A DNA stretch of 63,830 nucleotides, filler included. It is 7 parts of 7 records of this genome, joined end to end, with 100 filler letters (N's around TTAATTAATTAA, not from the genome) between each part and the next. Parts side by side here need not be neighbours in the genome. Positions count along the whole stretch, not along the records: positions 22,080 to 41,628 come from SRR31147125_11614; positions 41,729 to 48,820 come from SRR31147125_11617; 5 more parts are not named here. The stretch is one strand, 5' to 3'. The notes under the pieces were generated by a model. That model was not told where the DNA came from and made no database searches. It saw only the letters and a list, made by a program, of their open reading frames with translations. Position 1 is the stretch's first letter, and each line of letters opens with the position of its first letter. A program made the position numbers and the translations under genes. Positions 31,823 through 41,959 of the stretch are shown here, in pieces.

Positions 31823-34650
31823 TTACTTTTTTCCGGCAAACCCTTTTCGTACCATCTTCCCCCAGCCTTTCGGCTTCTTTAAGGAGTTAATGTAGCCGGT
31901 TACTCTGATAAAACTCATCACCTGTCTGAATCCGAAGTTTTCAATAAGACTGAAAAACAGCAGCACGAAGAAATCCCGCCTGTTGAAATAGTGCACCTCT
32001 TTTTCTGCAATCAGCAGCGAGCAGAGTGAGACAAAAATTCCCATAAGGACGGTGGCAGCGAACAGCAGCAGTGCCAGGGTCGAGTTGATCAACCCCAGGA
32101 TTATCGCAAGTATTACCATCACATATCCCATGATTTCAAACAGCGGACCGATCATCTCAAAAATGAAAAAGTAGGGAAGGGCCACCAGGCCGGTCGTGCG
32201 GTAACTTGGGTTGAACAGTATTTTTCGATGGAATGTAAGAATATCTATCAACCCTCTGTGCCATCTGTCTCGCTGCTTGTAGAGAATGTTGAAACTCTCC
32301 GGTACCTCGGTCCAGCAGTTGGCATTGAAAGAGTATTGAATCTTGGCCGGTATCTTCTTCTCCCGCATATGACGGGCCAGCCGCACGACTAGTTCCATAT
32401 CCTCACCCACGGTATCCTTACCGAATTTACCGCTGGATGTAAGGTACCCACCGATTTCTATGATGCGTTTTTTACTGAACAGCCCAAAGGCTCCTGAAAT
32501 TATCAGTAAGCAGTTGATAAAAGCCCAACCAACCCGGCCTGCCATAAAAGCCCTGATGTACTCCATCGTCTGAAAGCGGGCAATAATATTTTTCGGAACC
32601 CTGATGTCGGAAATGTGACCTTTATCGACCGAACAGCCGTTAATGGGAAAGATATTTCCTCCTACGGCAACAGTCTCAGCTTCGGAGTTCAAAGACATCG
32701 AGGCAACCTTGAGCAGGGCATCCGGTTCCAGCAGGGAATCAGCATCGATTCCGCAGAAGAACTCTTTCTGGGAGATATTAATACCGGCATTCAGGGAGTC
32801 GGCTTTACCGCCGTTGGCTTTATCTACCACAACCAGTTTCGGGTAAGCTTTATTGGCATATATTCCCCGTACAGGCTTTGTGGCAATATTCTGGCTGATG
32901 TGCATATCGATCTTTTCCAGCTTATAGTACTCAATCAAGGTGTTGAGGGTAGCATCTCCCGATCCATCATTTATCACGATAATTTCATAATCGGGATAAT
33001 TGAGATTAAGTAGGGAATTGGTACTTTCAATTATGGTAGCTTCTTCACAGTAGGCCGGCGCAAGGATCGATACCGATGGAAGGATGTTTTTCCTGAACAG
33101 GAAGGTTGGCTTTTTCAAACTCCAGAGACGGGACTGCCAGTCCATTCCTTTAATGGAAAAAAGCAGGATGGTTATGTTCACCGCATTGATGGCTACAAAG
33201 TAAAAAACAAGATAGTAGTTGAAGTCGACCACAAACCGCTTTATATGTTCCATAAGTGTCCATTCGGTCAGCACCTCAGCTCTTCTGATAAGATAAATCG
33301 CCGGCAGGACAGCAAGTGAAAGAGCAAGCAGGATGGAAAGTATGATAATCTTGGATTTCTCTTTCTCACTACCATGCCGCTTTCTTTCAATTATCAGCAC
33401 CTCAAGCTTCAGCTTTTTCAGGATACGCTCGTTCAGATATATGCGCAGCTCTTTTTCAATATCCTTGTTGGTTTCAGTTACCTTCTTCAATATCCCGACA
33501 ATCTCATTCTCAATTTCACGATTGTTGTTCTTATTGAGGAAGCCGATGACATCACTGACTTTCCCGATGCTGATAATCTCATGTAGAATGGCCCGTGTCT
33601 GCTCCTTTTCCCGGGCAAGCAGTCTCATGAAGAGCACTTCAATTCTACTGGAGAGAATCTGGGCATATACTCTCTTTTTCTTCTTCTCTTCTTCATCATG
33701 GAAAATATGAATCAGCTGCTGCAGTACTTTCGGCTTATTGCGGGCAATGGTTGATAAACCAATAATAGCCTCTTCTTGTGTTTCGGCTTTAAAAAGGTAG
33801 GGGATAATCTGCTTCCAGCAATCTCCGGAACAGGTTTTTGTAATGCTTCTAATAAAGAATTGATTCACTAGAATATCTTCGGACAGACGGAACCGGTCAT
33901 TGCGCAGTTCTCCAGGGTAAAGTGTCAGTATACTTTTAAAGGCCTGCTGTCTTATATCCTCATCTTGCGAGGCTGTCCGTTCCAGAATATACTGCTTCAT
34001 CTCCTCTGCAATAAACTTCCCCCCGAAATCGCAGAAAAGCAGCTGAATTTCACACTCTTGTCTGGTAAGGAAATCTGAAGCTGTTGCCAGAATGTCTTTC
34101 CCGAAATCGATCAGAACAGAATGCATTTTATGCTGATACCAGATTGGTGCATCTATAAGCGATTCTATAAGGTCGGGAATAGCGGCCGTATGTCTGAGGT
34201 TGGCAATAGCATCGGCAATAATCAGTTTGACGTGATATTTACTTTCACGAATAAAGGATTCCTGCAGGAATCTACGGGACAACGGGGTATCAATATATCC
34301 CAAACGAGCTGCGGCCTCCATTCTGTTCAGTGCTGTGGTCGATACGATTTTTTCTGTATATATCTGATCAAGGCGTTTGTCTTCCGCCCATTTTTGCAAA
34401 GCAGCCCTTTTATCCCTGCTTATGTCGCTGTTTTGCATCACATCTATTGCGCAGTCGAACAATCGTAGTTTCCGGAGCCTGCTTTTGTTTCTCCAGGATT
34501 ATTATGCAGAATGAAGTCGTACAGTTCCTGTTTTTTCTTCAGTTTACGGGTAACATCGACCTTTCTCAACCAGACGATCAGGATAAGCAGGATGTCTGCG
34601 ATAATAAATCCAAAACAGATCCAGTATGCTGCCGCATGTGATATCAGCAT
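31823..34650 (-). CDS. HEAT-repeat / processive GT2 polysaccharide synthase fusion, 1-nt frameshift near 34465
   Basis: N-terminal TM in ORF 34444-34650, then HEAT-like helices. GT2 motifs DGSGD, GGKADSLN, DAD, GEDMEL and QRDRW; C-terminal TMs. Confidence 0.9.
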
Positions 34651-34654
34651 TGCA

Positions 34655-36653
34655 TCAATCCTTTATTTCGGTCAGCGTTTTAATGATTCCCAGTAGTTCG
34701 GAGGGCAGATATGGTTTCTGCAAATAGCTGTTTACCGAGATTCCGTAAGCTCTATCTACCGAGGAATCCGACTTATTATAACCCATGAGTATGAATGGTA
34801 TCTGTTTCACCATAGAGCTCATCAGCATTTTCTCGCGGATTTTAAAACCATCCAACTTGGGAAGAACTTCTTCAGATATGACCAGTTTGGGATTGGTCTT
34901 ATAGATCTCTTTGAGAGCAGTTTCTCCATCAAGGCAGGTTACGGTATCGAATCCCATTTGTGTTACCAGCGTTTGAATGATATCAGTATTCAGCGGGTCC
35001 GGATCTGCGATCAGGATAGTTCCCAAAGTCTTTCTGTTCAGGTCGAACAACTCAGATTCACTGCAGACTATGTTCATCCCCTGCTTTTTTGCTATTTTCA
35101 GCCTGATTCGTGCCAGATCACAAAGGTTGTCGAATAGTTCTATCGGGGATTCGTACAATTCAGAAACCTCACTGAAATCGGTAATACCGATAGAGGCAGT
35201 AATGGGAGTGACAAAATAGTCGGAAGATTCAATCTCGCTTCTGATCTCATCGGCTACAGCGATTCCCGCTTTCTTGTCGAGTGACGGCAGGTAGTAGACG
35301 AATGTTGGACCAGCCAATTTGAATACCAGATGGGTATCCTGTTTCAAAGAATTAAACAGATAGGTACAGTTCCTGAGAATTTCATCACCCGAATTATCTC
35401 CGGAGGCCATGCTTTTCTGACCGAATTCATCAATCTCCAGAAAGAAAACCGAAAAATTCTCCTCTTTCTCAATATAGTGTTCAATCTCACCTGCCATATA
35501 ATTTTTGAAGAAAAACCCATTATAGAGTTTTGTCACAGGGCAGGTAATCAGGCTTTCCTTGGTTGACTGAAGGTTTGTTTCAAGGCGGGCATTCATCTCT
35601 GTCAGTGCTTTTACTTCGTTTGACATCTCTTCTACTCTCTTTTCATAACTGTAAAGTGTAGATTTATAGATTGACGGCAGCTCGATGTCATATTCACTGC
35701 AGATCCTCTGAACAAGTACTTCGGTAATATTCAGCCAGGACTGTCCCTTCTTCGAATAGATATGCTCGAAAATCTGGTCCCAGAGATCTTCCCCGGTACA
35801 GCTAAAATCTATGATTTGCTGTGATTCTCCATCGAGTACGATGTCGGTATCGGTAAATACTTCAAGTACTTCTCCACAGCTGAAGGTGGCGCAGTAGCGT
35901 TTCAGAATCTGGTTACAAAGTCCGTGGTATCCGCCGGCTTTAAAGAGCTCTTTCTTAATTGGATTGAAAGCTGCCGCATTCCAGGTCGTGCAGCGCCATA
36001 ATATGTTCGGTAACATTTTCACGAATTACCGAACCATGCTGGGGGGCGATTAAATTGATATCCATTGCCAGCAGCAGTTTCATGATCGGTTTCAGGATAT
36101 CGTTGCCGGGCATATAGTGTTCATGGAATGTTTTCATGGACTCTATATAGGTAGCATCGGCAAACAGCTGCCAGTTGGTGGAAAAAGAACCGAACAGGTC
36201 CCCGGAAAAGAGTACTTTATATAATGGATCATAAGCTACTATTGTTCCGGGAAAATGGAGGTAGGGAGTATGAATAAACTCGATTTTACGACCTGATTTT
36301 AGTTTCAGGAGGTAACTATTTTCATCTACAAGGTAGTATGGTGATGTAATCCCATAGTAGTTTACGATAACGGATGTTCGCCAGTGCAGGGCAATCTTTC
36401 CCTTAAATCCTGCTTTTTCTAATAAGGGGACAGAGGCACACAGATCGGGATCCTGGTGGCTGAGCACTATATAGGTGAGATCCTCAACCGGGAGATGCTT
36501 TTCAAGGTTTGCCAGCACCTGCTCGAAATCCAGCGGGGAACCGGGATCGAAGAGAATCGTTTCGTCACCGTCACTGAGAAGGTACGGATTGCACTGCAGA
36601 GATGAATTTTCCTGTTCATGACCAAGCCAGTAAATCGTTTCCGATATTTTCAT
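34655..36653 (-). CDS. ODP-like di-iron MBL-fold sensor fused to degenerate GGDEF and pseudo-receiver domains, apparent frameshift near 35965
   Basis: SHQDPD, LHFPG, FSGDLFG and APQHG; then CPVTKLYN...FKLAGPTF; REC domain with LVISE at the acceptor site. Confidence 0.82.
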
Positions 36654-36867
36654 TACAACACCATGAATGTTAATTGTTTCTCTATCGTACTTTATTTGTT
36701 GGAAGTTTTTGTAATACCTTTATCGTTTATCATACCCTCATGAACCCGTATTGACAATACTTATAACTTTTCATGCAAATCAACATCTTTGTGAAAGGTT
36801 TCACTTTTGATGAAGGAATAATGCGAAATGGTTCATTTAACAGTTTAAATCATGTATAGTTTTCACT

Positions 36868-37071
36868 ATGAAATTAAACGATATGAATGTAAGTGAAAAA
36901 GAGCTGTACTGTCCCCATTGCGGGAATATTGTCAAATGGCCCTTCTGCTGCGGCCAGGATATGGAGCTGGATGAAGGCGCGCGAATGTTTTTCTGTGAGA
37001 TTTGCGGCAAAGAGAAAGCTCATCCCAAATGCTGCGGGGAGTATATGCAGATAAGGAGACGGGAAGTATGA
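36868..37071 (+). CDS. Small protein with two CxxC-x8-CCG-xx-M desulforedoxin-like metal sites
   Basis: CPHCGNIVKWPFCCGQDM and CEICGKEKAHPKCCGEYM; ATGA overlap with the SDR gene. Confidence 0.8.
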   Translation: MKLNDMNVSEKELYCPHCGNIVKWPFCCGQDMELDEGARMFFCEICGKEKAHPKCCGEYMQIRRREV

Positions 37072-37880
37072 ATGATGGAATAAACTCATTACCCGAGATG
37101 CTCTCTTTTACGGGTAAAACAGTCATGGTCACTGGCGGCTGTCAGAACTTTGGCCTGGAAATTGCCACCGGTTTTGCCGAGCTGCAGGCTTCGGTTATTG
37201 TGACTTCACGCAGCAGAGAAAAAGCTGAGCATGCTGCCCGGGAACTGGCAGAGCGATTTGGAGTTCGGACTTTAGGACTAGCTCTCGATATCACCGATGA
37301 ACAGGCTGTTACAGATGCCTTTGATGCGGTAATGCAGGAATTCGGTTCTCTAGATGCCTTGGTGAACAACGCGGGAGGGCACTCTCCGCTGGCTACGGGG
37401 AAGCTGGATACCGAACCGCTTGAGGCTTGGAACGTATTCATCAATATCAATATGACGGGAACATTCCTGATGACGAGAGAATACGCAAGACGTATGATGC
37501 CGAAGAAAACGGGATGCATCGTGAATATCGCCTCAATCGCGGGAATTGTGGGGCGTGATCGTCGTGTTTATCCCGAAAATATGAAACCCCAGCCGGTCCA
37601 ATATGCGGCAGCAAAAGCTGGAATGATAGGATTTACCTACGATTCAGCAGCCTATCTTGCCGATTACGGCATCAGAGTGAATGCCATTTCCCCGGGTGGA
37701 TTTGAGCGCGGGCAGCCGGAAAAATTTATCGAGGGGTATTCTGATCGTGCCATGCTGAAACGGATGGGACGTGATGGCTATGACCTGAAAGGGGCTGTTA
37801 CATTCCTGGCATCGGAAGCCGCTGCCTATATCACTGGACACAATCTGGTGGTGGATGGCGGTTTTACCGTTTTCAAATAG
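37068..37880 (+). CDS. Short-chain dehydrogenase/reductase
   Basis: TGGCQNFG, VNNAG, YAAAK and NAISPGG; likely ATG 37068. Confidence 0.92.
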   Translation: MNDGINSLPEMLSFTGKTVMVTGGCQNFGLEIATGFAELQASVIVTSRSREKAEHAARELAERFGVRTLGLALDITDEQAVTDAFDAVMQEFGSLDALVNNAGGHSPLATGKLDTEPLEAWNVFININMTGTFLMTREYARRMMPKKTGCIVNIASIAGIVGRDRRVYPENMKPQPVQYAAAKAGMIGFTYDSAAYLADYGIRVNAISPGGFERGQPEKFIEGYSDRAMLKRMGRDGYDLKGAVTFLASEAAAYITGHNLVVDGGFTVFK

Positions 37881-37908
37881 AGTTGTATGAGTTTTCAGGA
37901 GTTGAAAT

Positions 37909-38862
37909 ATGAAAGTACTGGTTATCGGCTGCGGCTCTATCGGTCTGCGTCATCTGGCAAATTTATCCTTGAACAATACGTTGGAATTAGCTGGGTTGGA
38001 TCTGAATCCGGGAGCCGAAAAAGAGGTTTGTAGCATAAGTTCGAATATTCTGTTTTTCAGCACATTTGATTCCGCGGCTGGATGGGAACCCGAACTGGTA
38101 GTAGTAGCTACACCCAATCACCTTCATAAAGAAAATTGCCTGTGGGCTTTTGATCTTGGAGCCCACGTGCTGTGTGAGAAACCGTTGGCCACATCCGTAT
38201 CTGAAGGGCTTGAGATAGTGGAAGCTGCCGAAACATCCAACCTGAAACTGGGTGTCGGATTTACCGAGCGGTTTCGTGAAGCTGTAACCTATATTATCAA
38301 TACTGCAAATTCCGGAAAATTGGGAAAACTGATCGGCGGACGAGCCATGGTGGGGACCTATAATACCATGCTCTGTGCCAAAGACCCGAAGCACAGAGGA
38401 GAAACTTTTGGTTCTATCGTACTCGATTACGTACATGAACTCGATATCCTGGCAGCCGTTTTTGGTTCAATGAAGAGTGTCGCTGCCAAGTGTAACTCAC
38501 TTGCGGAGAAGGAACGCGGTGCAAACCCTTCACTGGCAGCCGCCCTTGCTGAGTATGAGCATGGAGAGATAGTCTCCATCCACTTTGACTATGTGCAGCA
38601 TCCCCAGCGGCGCTGCCTGGAAATTTATGGCGATCACGGAACCCTGGAATATGATTTTCAGACGGACATGCTTAAAGTGTACGACTGTGATAAGCAGGGA
38701 TATGAAGTGCTGACATTCAGCAATGTTCGCAACGAACAGTTCGTGCGGGAACACAACGATATGCTGCATGCGATTGCTTCCGGTTGTGAACCGCGGGTTA
38801 CCGGCAGGGAAGGACTGCGGTCTCTGGAAGTGTCGGAGATGATTCTTAAACAGCTAAGGTAG
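37909..38862 (+). CDS. Gfo/Idh/MocA-family oxidoreductase
   Basis: IGCGSIG, ATPNHLH, CEKP and DYVHELD. Confidence 0.92.
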   Translation: MKVLVIGCGSIGLRHLANLSLNNTLELAGLDLNPGAEKEVCSISSNILFFSTFDSAAGWEPELVVVATPNHLHKENCLWAFDLGAHVLCEKPLATSVSEGLEIVEAAETSNLKLGVGFTERFREAVTYIINTANSGKLGKLIGGRAMVGTYNTMLCAKDPKHRGETFGSIVLDYVHELDILAAVFGSMKSVAAKCNSLAEKERGANPSLAAALAEYEHGEIVSIHFDYVQHPQRRCLEIYGDHGTLEYDFQTDMLKVYDCDKQGYEVLTFSNVRNEQFVREHNDMLHAIASGCEPRVTGREGLRSLEVSEMILKQLR

Positions 38863-39019
38863 GGTTCACAACTTATTAGGGATATATGCTGGTATTTGAT
38901 CCTGTCAATGTTCCACTACTAGAAATAGACAAAATGTTCTACTTAAAAACAGAATTCTCCAACTACAAAATATTAGTACTCGTTTTACAATTTATAAAAA
39001 TGATAACGGGGGGCTTGGC

Positions 39020-40132
39020 ATGGAAAAAATTCTGAATGTAGATTATTTTGATCTGGTTTATTCACAAAACAGTTTATTTGGGGAATCAGAGATAGAAAAA
39101 TTGATGCAAAACGCAAAAGAAAGTGGTTTTACAACAGTTCTTTGGCGGTTGTCGGTATGTGGGGTTGCAGCTTATTGGACTGATAAAAGAAAACAATTTC
39201 CCGGGCATCATTTAGCAATTCCAAGATCATATAATATGGTAAGAATTCTTAAAATGTTTGACCCGCTTGAAGTAGCCTGCAGGTTGGCAAAAAAATATGG
39301 ATTGAAAATTTTTGCTTGGATTACGGTTATGGATGAAGACTACAATGCCGGAATGATAAGCGATTTTGTAGAAAAAAATCCACAATTTACATTAGTTTCA
39401 AAAGACCAGAGAAGGCACTTACTAGGCGCTCTCTGCTATTGGTATGATGAAGTTCAGGAATACGCACTAGAACAGGTTGTAGATGTTTCTTCCCGGTACA
39501 ATATTGATGGAATCTATCTCTGTACCCGCTCTCATGCTTACTTTGCGAATTCCAGTAGGGATTTAGATGATTTTGGGTATAATGAACCAGTGGTTAGTGA
39601 GTATCGTAAAAGATATAATACTGATCCGTTAACGGAATCTTTTGATAAAAAACTTTTCTATGATTTGCAAGGTGAAGGAATAACACGTTTTTTTACTAAA
39701 GCTTCTGCTGTTGTGAGAAAACGGAATCAAAAGCTTTGGATTGGAATTCATAGTGATGGTTATAGTCTTATGAATATTTCCCCCATGGCACATATGAAAA
39801 TGGATTGGGAAAAATGGACTCAGGATAGTATTGTCGATGCTTTAGTAATTGCTGCCGGGGAAGCTATTCTTGATAAACATGATATATGGTTTAAAGAACA
39901 ATTTTCAAAATATAATCATATAAAAGAAAGAGAATGTAAATTACTCTTATGGTATCGACTATGGGATTGGCGAAATGAACATCCCTATTTACCAGCTCCA
40001 GTAGAAACGAAGAATCCTGAACTTATGTATCAAGTCGCAGCACAGTATGCTGACATGTTTGATGGGTATGCATTTCATGAGGCATTAAATATTAACTATT
40101 ATGATCTCTGGCAGCTTTTTTCTCGTATTTAG
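39020..40132 (+). CDS. GHL10/DUF187-like glycoside hydrolase-like protein
   Basis: GFTTVLWR, FDPLE...KYGLKIFAW and RYNIDGIYL; next to sugar ABC permeases. Confidence 0.7.
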   Translation: MEKILNVDYFDLVYSQNSLFGESEIEKLMQNAKESGFTTVLWRLSVCGVAAYWTDKRKQFPGHHLAIPRSYNMVRILKMFDPLEVACRLAKKYGLKIFAWITVMDEDYNAGMISDFVEKNPQFTLVSKDQRRHLLGALCYWYDEVQEYALEQVVDVSSRYNIDGIYLCTRSHAYFANSSRDLDDFGYNEPVVSEYRKRYNTDPLTESFDKKLFYDLQGEGITRFFTKASAVVRKRNQKLWIGIHSDGYSLMNISPMAHMKMDWEKWTQDSIVDALVIAAGEAILDKHDIWFKEQFSKYNHIKERECKLLLWYRLWDWRNEHPYLPAPVETKNPELMYQVAAQYADMFDGYAFHEALNINYYDLWQLFSRI

Positions 40133-40233
40133 TCGAAATAAAAGTTTAAAGCACATGAAAATGGACAGAATTCTACACCTAATAGTCAAAATAGTTGGTT
40201 TTGTGGAGTATAAGAAGGGCATATCATAATAAT

Positions 40234-41130
40234 ATGAAAAAATCTTCAGCGAAAAGAAAAGAGGCATTTGCTGGTTATATGTTTATCCTCCCCAACTTAC
40301 TGGGTTTTGCTACGTTTATTTTATTTGGTGTGGTTTTTTCATTGGTTATGAGTTTTACCGATTGGAATTTGTTGAAAGATTTTTCAGATATGAAATTTAT
40401 AGGGTTTCAAAACTATCTTGATCTTCCGAAAGATGACTGGTTTATTGATTCTTTGCTAAACAATTTATGGTTTTTATTAATCATTCCCCTCCAAATCTTT
40501 TTTGCAATGATAACGGCTAGCATTCTTAATGGTCGCATTATTGGCAGGAAACCTTTGAGAGCCATGTTTTATCTTCCTTATGTTACATCCCTTGTGGCTA
40601 TTTCAGTTGTTTGGATGACATTGTTTAACCCGCGATTTGGACCTATTAATAATTTCTTAAAAAGTCTTGGAGTCATAAATCCCCCCAAATGGCTGGCTTC
40701 TGTAACTTGGTCTAAGCCTGCAATTGGTATAATTATGATTTGGCAGCAGCTAGGTTATCATGCACTGCTCTATCTTTCAGCACTGCAGAATATTCCAGGA
40801 ACCTTGTATGAAGCCGCTGAAGTAGATGGTGCTTCAGCGCTGCAGAAATTTTTTAGAATAACATTGCCACTCTTATCATCAACAACGTTTCTCATCACTG
40901 TCATTGCAGTTATAGCCAGTTTCCAATCCTGGTCAATGATACAAATCCTTACACAGGGCGGGCCAGGTACTTCGACTCACATTCTTGGTTATTATGTCTA
41001 CAATGTTGCTTTTAAGTTTTACAGGATGGGGTATGCATCGGCAATTTCATGGATTCTTTTTCTTATCATATTTTTAATAACCCTGATTCAATGGAGGGGT
41101 CAAAAAAAGTGGGTTAACTATCTGGTTTGA
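40234..41130 (+). CDS. Carbohydrate ABC transporter permease
   Basis: EAA loop LYEAAEVDGAS and FIGFQNY; likely ATG 40234. Confidence 0.94.
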   Translation: MKKSSAKRKEAFAGYMFILPNLLGFATFILFGVVFSLVMSFTDWNLLKDFSDMKFIGFQNYLDLPKDDWFIDSLLNNLWFLLIIPLQIFFAMITASILNGRIIGRKPLRAMFYLPYVTSLVAISVVWMTLFNPRFGPINNFLKSLGVINPPKWLASVTWSKPAIGIIMIWQQLGYHALLYLSALQNIPGTLYEAAEVDGASALQKFFRITLPLLSSTTFLITVIAVIASFQSWSMIQILTQGGPGTSTHILGYYVYNVAFKFYRMGYASAISWILFLIIFLITLIQWRGQKKWVNYLV

Positions 41131-41156
41131 GTTATTACAAAAGGAAGCATGTATAA

Positions 41157-41628
41157 ATGAATAATATACAGAAGACTATCAATACAAAAAAGAAATTGAA
41201 ATTATCTCAAGTAATCCTCAGCTTGCTTATGTGGCTGTTTGGTGTGCTTATGATAATTCCTTTTCTATGGATGATTTCGTCTTCTTTTAAAGATAATGTT
41301 GATATGTTTCGTTATCCTATTCAATGGATACCAAAAAATCCTTCATTTATGAGTTATCGGGATGTATGGGCTTCGGATGTACCTTTTTTACAATTTTATT
41401 TTAATTCAATAAAAGTAGTTATTATGGCTGTTATTGGTACATTTTTCACTTGCTCAATGGCCGGTTTTGCATATGCAAAACTCAAATTCCCAGGAAGAGA
41501 CAAACTGTTTTTGCTGAAAATTGCAGCTGCGATGATCCCTTTTCAAGTTTTAATGCTGCCGACATTTATGATTTATCGCTGGTTGGGACTTATTGACAGA
41601 CAAGCTGCTCTCTGGCTGCAGACTTTTT
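41157..41628 (+). CDS. Carbohydrate ABC transporter permease 2, 3'-truncated
   Basis: PFLWMISSSFK and AGFAYAKLKFPGR. Confidence 0.9.
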
Positions 41629-41728
41629 NNNNNNNNNNNNNNNNNNNNNNNNNNNNNNNNNNNNNNNNNNNNTTAATTAATTAANNNNNNNNNNNNNNNN
41701 NNNNNNNNNNNNNNNNNNNNNNNNNNNN
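41629..41728. other. Artificial contig linker
   Basis: N-run + TTAATTAATTAA + N-run. Confidence 0.99.
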
Positions 41729-41959
41729 TTGTGATAAATTTTTAATTTCCGTGTTCGTATAGCAATCAACCAAAGCACTAAACCAAATCGTCTCTCCAGG
41801 TTTAAAAATTTCTTTATTGGTTGAAAGGAAAACTTTTTCTGAAGGATTATATTGATAATACGTTTGAATTTTATTGATTATTTCATGTAATTTCCCTTCT
41901 TGAGACATCGATGGGAATGAAAAAAATGCAACAAATATGAATAATAATAACTTTTTCAT
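41729..41959 (-). CDS. Secreted protein with a macroglobulin (MG)-like N-terminus, 3'-truncated
   Basis: Signal peptide and EKVFLSTNKEIFKPGETIWF. Confidence 0.7.

Noticed and set aside
34655-36022. Active diguanylate cyclase
   Set aside because: The signature reads AGPTF, not GG(D/E)EF.
36791-36804. GTGAAAGGTTTCAC as an operator
   Set aside because: Single short near-palindrome with no cognate regulator nearby; too weak.
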